The notes under the pieces were generated by a model. The model saw nothing but the letters and a program-made list of their open reading frames with translations, was not told where the DNA came from and searched no databases. DNA of 64,000 nucleotides from Adineta vaga (Eukaryota; Animalia; Rotifera), in assembly GCA_021613535.1 (NCBI GenBank), contig CP075494.1, positions 6,076,001 through 6,140,000 of the forward strand, given 5' to 3'. How positions within the stretch are numbered: the stretch's first letter is position 1; every line of letters starts with the position of its first letter. Shown here piece by piece: positions 23,937 to 37,200 of this stretch. A program made the position numbers and the translations under genes.

Positions 23937-26900
23937 ATGGCGTCAGCATCGATGATGTCATCATCAGACAAATCGCGTACACCTGCTGGTAAACCAATTC
24001 GTCTTCAACTTGATCCCTTACGTTTACATGAACCAGCACGGAAAAAATTATCTACAATTGAAACTCAACGGATCATGATTGTTTTCGATGATCTTATACA
24101 AAAAATGGAATTAATCGAAATTTTACCTATTATTATTTCACACGCAGATCTTTTCAAATCAGTAATTGATACGTAAGTGATGCCATATCATTCGAAATGA
24201 AAATTAAACCAACTATTTTGTCTTTTTCAGAGAATCTATGACTGAAATCAATCGACATGAACAATTAAAACGAGCCTATGAAGCAAATGAACCACTTCAA
24301 TCTGTGATGAATATCATCGGTATGGTCTACAGATATTCGTCATTGTGAACAAAAACTAACAAAATGTTCCTTTTCCTTTTCTCTAGAAAAATTACCTCAA
24401 TTTGAAAACTATACACGACGATTCAATAAATCTTTATCAAATAGTGCCAATGAAAAAATTGCTTATCATTATTATATTCAACAATCGATTCGTAATGTTC
24501 TTCGTCGACTTGTTCATGAACAAAATCGTTTGGATGCTATTAAACGTATTTTACAAAGCAATAATTTATTACCACAACAAAAAGACGTCATGCGTATGTC
24601 ATTTTCTTACTCTTTCATTAGAAAACGAATATCGATAATTCTTTAGGTTTATTGAAAATGTTACGAGATTCTGCTATGGAAAGATTTCTTACAACACCAC
24701 TTGAAGAACGCGAAAAAGGTGAACAAATGAAAAGTTTAAATACACGTCTTTCAGCAAATGAAGCTGTTATTGCTAAACTTGAAAAAGAACTCAATGATGT
24801 CATTGCCGATCGTGATGCTGAGGTATGTCATTGATATGTCATATTACATCTGTTCCCTATACACTTTTCTATTATCCATCTGTTCATCGGATGGCACTTA
24901 TCCTTCTTCTAATCGTTATTGTAATAGACAAACACACACACGCACACATACACGCACAGACATGCAAGAGATTCTAATGATACATTTATAGGAACATAGA
25001 TGCGTCTCTTGAGGGCATAATCGATGTTTGAACTTGTCGTTGTTCTGTCCATTGAATAAGTTTTTGTATTGGATAGATCATTCCGTGGATAATGAAACGT
25101 AAGATTAATACAATCAATGGTAAAATTAATGAAAAAGTTTTTAAACTAAAAGAATTTGCATTCGATTTCCAATGTAAAACAATCGCATGAATAGTTGTGA
25201 GTAATAAACAAAATAATCCTAAATAAGTTGTAAAAAATTGATATTCAGTCCATAGAAGTCGTTCACTAATCCATGGAAAATGAGCATAGGATAGTATACA
25301 TAATAGTATCAATGTAAATATACCAAGAAAGAAAGCACAGATCGACAAATTGGATGTTAGATCAAGTTTAGAAAATATCAGAAATATTATATGTAACAAA
25401 GCAAATGACAGAGAATACCAAATAAGATAATTCTGTGAATGAAAACAATGTTGAAGAAATCTTGTATTCGGTAATGTATTCTCTAAACATAAACATATAG
25501 GAAAGTTGTTCTTTTTTTTCGAGAATAATGTATAATTACGTGATTTGAAAATCAATAGATACGTCAATTCAATAATGTCGAATATTGGTTTGATTAGATA
25601 GAATAATGCTAGCAATGTCATACTAGTCGCTGCTGTAATTGAACTTGCTTGTCGATAGATTAATTCAGTACTATGTTCAATGATTGATATGATTAAACAT
25701 AATGTAAATATAATAACTGTTGATATTAATGGAAATAAACAATTTCGACTGAGTTTGCTTTGTTGATAGTTGTATGTATAATGATCGAGAAAATCTAGAC
25801 CACAAGGGAAACAATTTAAATCATGAATGAATTTAATAAGATTTGAAGGTGAATATTGTTGAAGAGTAACACGAGTTCGTTGAGTTCCATGTTCAATTTC
25901 CCGATTGGATAAGTTTCCAAAAGCTCGATAGGAACCTGGAATTGATGATGAAATATGAGTTTTATTTGAAAAATATTTTGGTGAAATTTCTCGTGTATCA
26001 ATTACTAATTGATGTTTCGTTTGAGGAAATAAATCTTCGAAATTCGTCGTTAAATTTTCAGTAATAAGAATAATTGTAGGTGATAATTCATAAAAGAATT
26101 CATAGGAAATATAAGTTGATTTATTTGCATCAGGAATAATTTCAACAGATGAATTAATATCACATAAGATTGGACTAGGAAAACCAGATAGGAGAAGTCG
26201 TTTTCGAAATGCTTCGGAACGTTTATTTCGACCAATAATACCAACTAATGGATGACCATTACTTATTGACTGTTGTTGAAGATGATTATCATATATAGAT
26301 ACCAATGATTTTTGTTTTTGATCTAACAAATAAAATATTCGATGAGTAAAAAGGAAACAAGAAAGGTTTCTATTTGTGTTTACTTATTGGATTTGATAAT
26401 GAATCTGTTGATTGATGTTGTTCATCAATAGGTAGATCACTATCTTCAATAATTGTTGTTGTTGATTGATTATTCGATGTATGTAATATTGCTTCCGGCA
26501 TTTTCATTATATCTGTTGATAAATTTTGATCATATAATAATGACATCGTATATTGCTCTTTCGATTACAATGATAGATAAACAGAAGATGATAAATTCTC
26601 TAAGCAATGCAAATGATTGATCTAGAAAGCTTAATGAATGTATTCTCTCTCTCTCTCTCTCTATGTGTCGTATTTTTTCTCTCTCACTCGCTCCTCTCTT
26701 GCACGTACGGTAGTCTTCTCTCATTTCTTAGAAAGGGTCAAACGGACACAAGAGAGAGAGAGACAGACTAGAAACAGAGTGCTTAACTAACATGCGATAT
26801 TCTTCCTAGTACGCACAGAAGGCGACATTCACAGATGGTTATCTAGTTTTTCTTCTTATGTTTGATTATACATACGATTAATCGTACTAATGCATTAATG

Positions 26901-28124
26901 GCTAAGGCAACATCAGTTGTTAATACGTATGTTGATATTCTCTGTAATCCTTCACCTATCACTTCGTTGACGGAAGAAGATAAAAGGAATATGAAAGTGA
27001 TCAAATTACATTTTCTCGTTGTCCTTGTATGTTACTAATGAACCTTCATGATTTTCTTTTGTTTAAAGATCAAAGCACGTAATGATGAAATTCGAAAGAT
27101 ACAATCAGATCTTAACAATGTTGAACGTAATCAACAAGATACTCTTAAACGTATTCGTATGGAAACAGAATCAGCAGAAATGTCTGAAACAAAAAATTCC
27201 GAAGGTCGACGGTAAGTGTTTATCGAACAACTTTCTTTAGATGATCGAGTCTTCTCTTTCCATAGACATAAATTACAATTAGATATCAACATGTGTCGAC
27301 AAAAACTACAAGAACAACAACAACGAAATAAGAAAACGGAAACTGATTTACGTAAAGAAAAATGGCGTCAAGAAACCGGGTAAGATTGAAAACTCTTCTC
27401 CATACAATCATTCCTTTTATTGATGATAAATTAACTAAATTAACGAACATTTATCATTTTATTTCTGGTTCGTTACATTCGTAGTAAATTGGTAGTTGTC
27501 AAATGACCACATACATACATGCGCGCGCGTGTAAAGAATGAAAGGAAGACAAATGAAATTTTTATTAATAATTGTTCTCGGGCAATTGCTTTTTAAATAG
27601 AATTTTCTCTTCTTTTTTTTCATCTCTAGACTTGAAACATGGTTAACAAAGTATGATAATGAAATGCGACAAAAACAGGTAAATACACAAATTTATTAAA
27701 CTATATAACAATTTGTTGAATATTTTAGGATGAATATGATGAAATCGAAACAGCATATACAGAAGAAAAACGTTTACTTATTGAACTTGAAGAACGTTTT
27801 GAAAAATTGAAAGAAGAGTATGATAAAGTAAGTTATCATGTCATTGTAAATGAGAGAAAAAAATGATACAAATTTTACAATAGATTATGGAAGAACGTGC
27901 TGCTGAAGAACGACAACAAGCAATGGAGAAAGCATTACGTGAACGACGTTGGCGAGCAGCCGCTCAAATTCAACGATTTTGGCAAGGTTACAAAGTTCGA
28001 AAGGTAATAGATGTTTTATAGAAAAGTTCGATGTCATCTTAATTATTTCGACATTTAGGGTCTCAAAGCGAAAAAGAAGAAAAAGAAAGGAAAGAAAGGT
28101 GGCAAGGGCAAGGGCAAGAAATGA
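23937..28124 (+). CDS. IQCD: Dynein regulatory complex subunit 10 / IQ domain-containing protein D
   Basis: LEPARKKL-like LHEPARKKLSTIETQRI; coiled coil; WLTKYDNEM; IQ motif AAAQIQRFWQGYKVRK; Lys/Gly-rich tail. One ~2.2 kb intron (24823-27068). Confidence 0.85.
24986..26507 (-). CDS. Divergent STEAP-family metalloreductase-like protein nested antisense in a DRC10 intron
   Basis: N-terminal Rossmann remnant LVGIIG..FRKRLLLSG, RAFGNLS; TM domain with FALLHII and LLWTEYQFFTTYLG..TTIHAI (STEAP LxWxEF..LG..H pattern). Confidence 0.75.
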
Positions 28125-28201
28125 ACGGACATATATTTTCTTTTTCTTTTCTATTCATTACAAAATACATTAAATCGAAATAAAATCAAAGATAAATTAT
28201 T

Positions 28202-31200
28202 CTAACATTTCGGTTCATGATCAACACCATCTGAGAATGATGAATTCATTTTACGAGATAATAAAGATCGTGAACGTGATTCCAGTCGTTGTAAATCATC
28301 AACATTGAAAGTCTCTGACATATCCATAAAACTAGACGTTTGTTCTTCATGTACTTTTCTAAATAAATGAAATATTAATTGTAAGTAATTACTATGATCG
28401 ATAGTTTATCGAGAGAAGTTTCAGTTTTACCTAGCCATTGGCAATTGATCATTCGTATTTGATACATGTGATTGTACTGAACTTTTCGGTGATCGTGTTC
28501 TTTCTAAATGTGCTGCATATCGTTTCCATCCTCGAAATGTTCGCAATTTCGATGTATTTTGATTATTAACTGATGATTGATCTAAAGTATCTTGATCTAT
28601 GAAATTATCATCATCTACTATTGATACACTTCGATCACTGATAGTTGTAAGTGAACGAGCTATTGACAATGGAGAATGTGATATTGAAGGTGTTCGAAGA
28701 CGTTGAGTTTCTGTAATATCAAATAAGACAAACAAACTAGAATAATTCTAAGATGATAATCACTTACCAGTTGATATCGATGTTTCAAGGTCATCTGTCA
28801 TTGTTGATGGACGTCTGAATACTATATCTTCAATTGTAGTTGGTGATATATCCGAAACTAATTAAAAATGTTATCGAATTAATAATCAAAAGACATCAGA
28901 ATAGAATATGTTGAATTATTTTATAACTTGTCTTTTTATGTTAGAGAGAAAACTGAGTGTCGTCTTTATGTAAATCTTCTTACCACCACATCGAATTCTA
29001 TATCGTTGATGATATGTTTCAAGTATATTCAATGCTTCTTTTCCATGAATTTTTTCCGTTCTCTTTTTCGGTGAATCATTTAAACTATAATCATGAAGTC
29101 GTTGTTGTCGAAAATGATGTGCACTTGATATCCGATGACTATTGAAAGTACTGGTTGATGGTATTGTAAGATTATCATGATCTTGCATTCGTCCTAATGC
29201 TTCGACATCGAATCGAACTTTACCCGTACTTATCGGACGAATATCAGATGTACTGATTACTTTTGATTCATCTAAGAAAATGTGAATAAATGACGAATTA
29301 TATCAATGCTTGTAAATCAAGAAATCTTACCAGATACATCTGCTTTCAATTGATTCAATTCGAATCGAAGGTCATGTAAAATTTCTCCAATTGATTTTGA
29401 AATCGGTATTTTCTCAAAGAAAATTTTCTGTTGAACGTTCGTTATTATTGCAAAATCTCGACTATTATCAGAGGTGACTGTTTGCATCTATAGGAAAAGA
29501 GAGAAAGATGAGCTCTTTGTGAAAATGAGAGTATCTTACGTAATGCATAAGAAATGGACGAAGAAGTAAATAAATCGGTGTTTTATATGAGACAAGAAAA
29601 TCGATAAATAATAAAAGACTTGAAGAAATATTTGATTGTTTATTACAGATTGATTTAATACCCTGAGTAATCTTGTTCCATTCACGTTTTAATTGTTTAC
29701 TAAAGCCAATAATTAAGATTTTTAGGCCTAGTCAATCAAGAATATTTATCAGTCAATCAATATCAATAAGTCATACCTAATAAGGAAGTTGTATGTAAAA
29801 GTTCTTTCAATTGTTTAACTGATTTATGAGATAAATGACTATTTGGTACAGTTGCTTCTGTTACAGTTAAGTGTTGTTTTCCACTACTCACATTCTGTCC
29901 TGTAGGTCCACTTTGTGTTCCCATTGTTACAGCAAGTTTTGATGGTGGTTTAATAGAATTCAGAAGTATTGTAACAATATAGGAAATATCAAGTGCATGA
30001 AGTTTTGGTGTATCCTTTCGTCCACTACTTGCCCAGAACAGTAATGGTAATATAAAATGTAAGAGATGATTGATAGTTGAAGTGGAGTTGAGTGATGAGA
30101 GAGTATGATTTGTTAAGATTTCTATATTTGGTTGATTCTAAAATAAATAATATATTTTTCAATGAACGATTTTATTTAGAATGATGATTTGCATACTTTA
30201 ATAGCTAATAAATATCGTCCAACAAGTTTAATAACTGTTCGAGAGAATTCTTTCGGAAAAGTTGGAGTATCAAATCGTGTCGAAGTTTGATTTGAATCTG
30301 CAATATTTTCATTTATTATCAATGCAATACAACCCGAAATCAATGCCTAATGATGAAGAAAGCTAGTTGAAAGTAGACCAAAAATGATTAAATCTTATAC
30401 CTTAAGATTAGGAAAATAGACAATCGCTGGATGTCGATCAATTGTTAAAAAGATTCCATTTAAAATCCCTACAGTTGCTTCCCAATCAAAACAACGCTAT
30501 AAAGAAAGAAAAAACTTTTAAATTCAACTGAATATCTTTTCAATCTTACTTTAACTGCTGATTTTTTACTAATTTTAGCAAACATTCGATCGATACGTCT
30601 TAACAAAAGATTCAATGCTGGACGTAATTGTTCTTGATTCCAATCGGTACAAGGTGCTAATTTTTGAAAATAATTCTGTATACCACGACAAGATAATGTA
30701 ACTGGATCAAAACTAGCTAGTTTTAATAATGTATGAGCTATATCAGCTAGACGTAGATGAGATTTCACATCGAGTAATTCGAAAGTACGATGTGTAGGAT
30801 CATTGGTTAGTTTACTTAATTCTTTGACACGTGGAGAAGAAAAATATAGAAAAGTGGAAATAATGGAGAGAAGAGTATGACGAGGCCAACGAAATTCAGC
30901 GACTTGTTTAAGTTCATCAGCATCTTGTACCCGAGTCTTTGGACGATCATCAATAAAACGACTAAAAATAGTGTTTACTTGTATACGAAGGTTTGTTTAA
31001 TTCATATATTACCTAACAGAATCTTCATCAGGAACAATATGTGATGAACAATAAGAACCACGAGGATGTTTATGATGAGTATTTGTTATTGTATCATATT
31101 TTGGTTCAATAAAAGTTCGTGTTAAAGATTCCAATGATTGAATTAATGTTTTCATTGCAATAGATAATTTTTCGATAATTTTCATTTCATTACGTGCTTG

Positions 31201-34200
31201 TTTTTGTAGATCATTTTTCGTTGTACGATCTTTTAAATATTGTAAATATTTTGGTAAAAGTACATCCATAATACCAAGCATTTGTAATGAACGAATAGAA
31301 TCAGATGCATAAGCAACTAAAACATATCAAATCAAAGTAAATTCTCTTTATTCGAATATTTAAAGGAAATTTCGTTATCACTTACCAACAGTGACACAAG
31401 TATCAAAACAATTCAATAATGTGAAGATATTATCATCATCTGTATAACAAAAATCTAATGATTTAATCGGTGTTGTCATTATTCCTTGAGTAACTGTTGT
31501 ATCAATCGTTATATCAGTTGTTGGTAGATCATTTTTCACTAATTCTAAAATGAAATAATCATCACGTTGTGTATCAATATTGGATTGTTCTAATGCAATT
31601 AATAGACGAAATAATGCTAATGATGGAATATCATTTGAATGAATAACATCAGTTTGTTCACCAAATGGAAATAATTGTGATACACTACCAAACATTTGTA
31701 ATATAAATGGTATACGATGTAAAGTAAAGAATTGTCGACAACAAAATTCAATAGTAGTTTTAACCATTGGATTCGATTGAAGAGTCGAATAAACACGAAG
31801 TAATGTTGGCATGATCAAAAGATAGCTTGAGAAAAAGAAATTTATGAAAATGAAATTCAAGAAACTCATTATTTTACCCATTGGTTGCAAATATATGTCG
31901 AAAATGTTTAACAATATTAATATAGGTTGCAAGACAAAAACGCAACATAACTGAATCTTCACAATGTAGAATAAATGAACCATTAATGATTGGAATGAAT
32001 GGAGTAATATCTGATGTCGTACTTGTCTTACCATCCATATTGAAAAATAGACATCCAATTAATTTCAACCTTGAAGAAAAAGTCAAGTATCATATTCTAT
32101 ATATAATTCTCAAGCACATGGAATAGAAAGTTTTATGCTAATTTACATTTTGATCGAAATAAAATACTTACCAGTTATATTTATGTAGTAAATCTAAATT
32201 AAATAATTCTGTATTATTGGATATTTTTGTATAGAGATTAAAATCTGATTCCAATTGTTTCCGTGGAAACAATGGACTTTTAATGATTTCATCATGAAAG
32301 AATGTAATTGAATTATGTATTTGATTGAATGGAATATTTTCTAACAGATATCGTGCAAATAAAACTTTGGATAATTCAATGGTTTTAATCTGAATAGCTG
32401 CTTGTTCAAGTTGTCGTTGAGATTGATTCATTTCCATATGAATTAATGATAATTGTGGATAAATATTTCGACGAAAGAAATAAAAATCACGAACATAGGT
32501 TTCGGGTATACGAATTTGTTGAGTTTTAATATCAATCAAATGATAATGATCACGTTTGACATCGGGAATACCGAAAAATTCCAATGCTTCTTGAAGAACA
32601 CTAGTAAATTGTGTATCTTCAGATATAATAGCTTGTGTTGGAATTTGAGATGAATCGGGACCATGAATAACAACTTTTTTTGTTGAAGGAATATTTCCCG
32701 TTATTAAAATCATCATTTCCGCTTGTTCTTTACGTAGGATTTGTTTTAAATCTTTTAGAACAAGTCCATGAACATAAGGAATAATTTGCCAAAATAAATT
32801 TAAACCACAAATGAACAATTCTTGAGAATTATCAATCGGTGAACGAATCATACTAAGTAATAAACCCAGAACATAATTGAAAATAGCATGTGCAAATTGT
32901 GATGGAATATCACTTAAATATAACATTAGACGATGAAGATTTTGAAGTGATTGAATCTGATATGAAACAAATAAATGAAAGCAAACATGAACAAATGATA
33001 GAACTTACACGACGTTCCTTGTGTGAAAGTTTTTCAAAGAAGAAACGAATGAATAATGTTGGATCTTCTAGTAAACAAGTATTCAGAGCTTTTCGAGCTG
33101 CTCCAGATACTAAAATAGAAAATATTGTATTCAGGGATAATGTTGTACTTATAACGTATACCTGATGCACCATTAGCAATTAGATTTTCATCTTCGAGCA
33201 TTTCTACTAGATGAAAAATTGCGCCACTAAATATGGATGGAAATGTTCCTTGTGCTTGTCGAAGTTGTACATTTGTTTCATTGATTCGGTCATCATCGAT
33301 ATGTCCTAGAAAAAAGAAGAGATTGAAAACTTTCATACTTTCATCTCAAACCGTCTTCATCTTCTTCTCTTGATTGATGTAATAATGGTTCGAATGATGC
33401 TGCTTGCAATATTGAAACTGATGACATAGTAAAATTTTCACGTGCAACTCGTTTACTAATTTCTTCTCTCATTAAAGCAGAATGAATAAATTCTTGTTGA
33501 TGTTTTTTTCTTGTTTTACTTGTTGTTACTACTGCTCGCTAAATATATTTCAACGTATACGATCTATCTTTGATAAATAATCATCACTTACAACTTCTTC
33601 TTGATTAAGTGCAACTTGCTGAACAAGTGTTTTTACATGTGGCATCCATGGTGGATCTACTGTTTGTAAATTTGCGATACCAAGTGCAGCAGATGGTAGG
33701 ACAAACTCGATACTTGGTGGAAAAATCTAAATAATAAACTTCGATGAACTTGAAAAGTTCTCCTATAGATTTTTCTTACTTTCATCATTGTATGTGCATC
33801 TTCTTCTAATCGTATCCAAAATTGATATCGAAATCTCCATAATATTTGAAATCTTAATATTGAATTATAACGAATTGATACCGAAGAATTTTCCATTTCC
33901 GTATGGATTAATGTATCCAGTAAATGACTAGCACGAGCACCAGTAAGAATAACGATCGTTGCTGAAAGCAAAAAAAATATGAATGTAATGGTAACTATTT
34001 TAACTTTTCAATGTTTCTTGTAGTCTTTATATTTACCGGCACATGCAGATAATTCTTCATTACGATCAAGTAGTAATTCCCAAGATAAACGAAGAATCTG
34101 TAAATAGTTTCCTTCATCTAATAAAACAGATGTTTTACAAAGTATTTGCAATGGCATTTGAGTCAATGATCCAACCTACAACTCGACAATAACCAAGAAA

Positions 34201-37200
34201 ATCTTATCTTATATGAAAATATCCGAACTTGTTTTTCAATATACGCTGAAATAGATTCAAAATGATTATTGATTTCTGTTTCTGAAGGTAAATCCATTGT
34301 TTGTTCATCAAATAAATTATTGGAAAACTATGCAAGAGAAAACAAATCATACAAAATTTAAAACAAAAACGATCTTTTACTGTTTGTTTTCTATTGGATG
34401 CTACATCACTATGTTTCATTTGTGTTTGTATCGATGACGAACATGAAAGTGTTGATCCGAATCGATACATATTTGATAATGCTTTGAGAAGATTTGTACA
34501 ACTTTTCGTTTGTTTATCATAACATGTAGAAAGACATTTTAATTGATGGTTACATGTTAAATTAACATGATTGAATATACGTATGACAGTTTTAATCCAT
34601 GGAAATGGTCGAGTTTTGATCATACGATCAAAATCATCCGCAGGATTAATAGTATAATCATCTTGGGGTTCAACTGAAACATTGGGTATAGTAGGCTGAT
34701 GAATATCAGTATCACTGGAAAGATTCGATACATGACTTCTGCTGCGTTTTCGAAATGATGAACGAGGAAGATCTGTAAAATTTAAGAAGATAAATAGTAG
34801 GTTGAGTGTCTCAAAATATCGACACAAAAAGTAAAACTTTTACGTACTTTTTGAGTTTTCTCTCAATCGAATCGATGGTTTTCGTAATTTTATACTAGCT
34901 CGTCGCATAAACTTGCTTTTTCCATTACTACCACTTATACTTCCTGATTTATTAACTGGTATTGATACTAAATAAAGTAAACGTATATACGTGTAACCTT
35001 CAAATTTCATCTTTACTTGATGATGAATTGCCATCAACTACGGCAGCAGTTGCAGCACCATCATCATCATTAACTACAATAATAGTATGACCACTTTCAA
35101 CTGATTCATTTTCAGTGTTAATAACAAAACTGATATGACGGTCATTTGATGAAGGAACTGTATGACCCATTGTTGCCGATAACATTTGTGATGAAACTAA
35201 ATATTGATATAAAATTGAATATTACAAACAAAAAAATGAATTACTTGGTGGTTGTTCATTTGACAGAATTGAACTTGTACTTCGGTTTGACATTTGTGAC
35301 ATAAAACTATTCATGCGTAAACAATCTGATGAACGTTTGTCCGGCACTCCTGAATTTGTATCAATAATCGTGTGAGCATGAGGAGCTCGTTGTTGTCGTG
35401 TTTGATTAACACCTACTCCTAATGATGACGACATTTTCGGTAATGTTTCATATTTTTCACGAAGAAATGAAGTAATTTCATAGAGAAGTAAACAAACGAG
35501 TAGTTTCAATGAATATGGACAATCACGACCTGAACGATTGACAATGGCTATAAAAAAAATCGTGTATTTCAACGAAGATATATCAATTTCTAGTTTTATT
35601 ACCTTCATTATAATAATCTTCAAATGTTTCATCAGTATTCCATAATTGTTCTGTCGAACTTTGTTGTTGTTCAGTATTCATGATGATTTCCAATTGTGAT
35701 GCAAGAGCCTTTTCATCAGATAAAATTATATCGATAGTTCCATCTATGTAAAATGACTTACTTCACCCCAGATGTAGAACATTCTAGCTGCTGCTGCTTG
35801 ATATATTCGAGCTAATTTTACACTAGGATTTCCATTTGCTCGTCCGAAAAGTGCTTCATGTAAACGATATGTATTAATATGTACACGCATCCATTCTGGC
35901 CATTGACCTAATGAACAACGGTTAACATAATGTGCACATTGAAGAAGAAATGCTGCTTTCGATAGAACAGGGGCATCCTAAAATGATGATGAAGTTTTAT
36001 TCAGAAGAGAATATTTGAAAAAGTAAACAAACCAGAAAAAGTAAACTATTGAGAAATTGTGGATCAGGCAATGTACCAGGTGGACACGCATCCATAATAA
36101 AATTCAAACGTAATAAACCTAGACGGATTAGTGGTAAATCAATGTAAAGATTATCATCTTGATGGACATAAGAACTACGATCATCAACTTCAGTTAAAGA
36201 TTCAAGTTTTTGTTGATCATCTATAAATTTATGAATAAAATCAAGAATTACACAGATAGTGTTATTCTTACTTTTGAGTTTAATACTACTCGATGATTGT
36301 CCTTCTTCAATATTACTTTTCGTCAATTCTTGATGAGTATTTTCATCGATTTCATTGAGTAATTCATAATTGGTGGAAATCTACTTTCGGTAATCTTAGA
36401 TTTCCTATACAAACGAAAAGCAATTAACTTACTTTCTTATCTCGGATTAATTGTCGTGATATTTTAAGTTTTCTTTCCGGATCAATTAATGACGAAAAAA
36501 CTGCTGAACGAAAAATTCCACCATGATTTTCTTTCATATAAATTAAAAATGCTCGACATTCATTATACAAAGCTGTATTTTCCGATGTAAATAATTGTTT
36601 TTCCATAAGATTTAAACGTGTAATAAATGGTTTAAATATAATATTCAATATAAAACCATCGATTCCTTTTGGTCCAATACTAACATGTGTATTACCGAAA
36701 TTATTCGAATAAGTTTGCTGAGTTTGTGTTTCCGTTTTCGTCGGAACTGAAAATGAATAAATACAATGTTCAAATGAATTTCTTCGATGAAACTAATTAC
36801 GATATGGTGCATAATGAGCAAGACCAACACTTGTTTCGACACAATAACCACAGAGTGCATGTAAAATATCAAACATATGTCCAAGATTTGCATTCGCAGC
36901 GAAATTTAGAAAGCACCTAAGTGATAGAAGTGAGTCTTAGAGAATCCGAAAGCTTTATAACTTTTACTTTTCAAATCGTTGTTGATTGAGTAAACGAAGT
37001 TTATTCAATGAAACACGAACTTTACCACGTAATTGATCTGTATTAAAACTTCGGCCACGAGATTGACAATTGGAACAACCTAGACGTTTGAGTATTCTAA
37101 TAGAAAAAAAAATAAAAAGTAACAAAAAAAAAGAAGACTTCATCTCTCTATCTACCTTAATATAATATCTACAGCAACCTGAAACTTTTCATCTTCTTTC

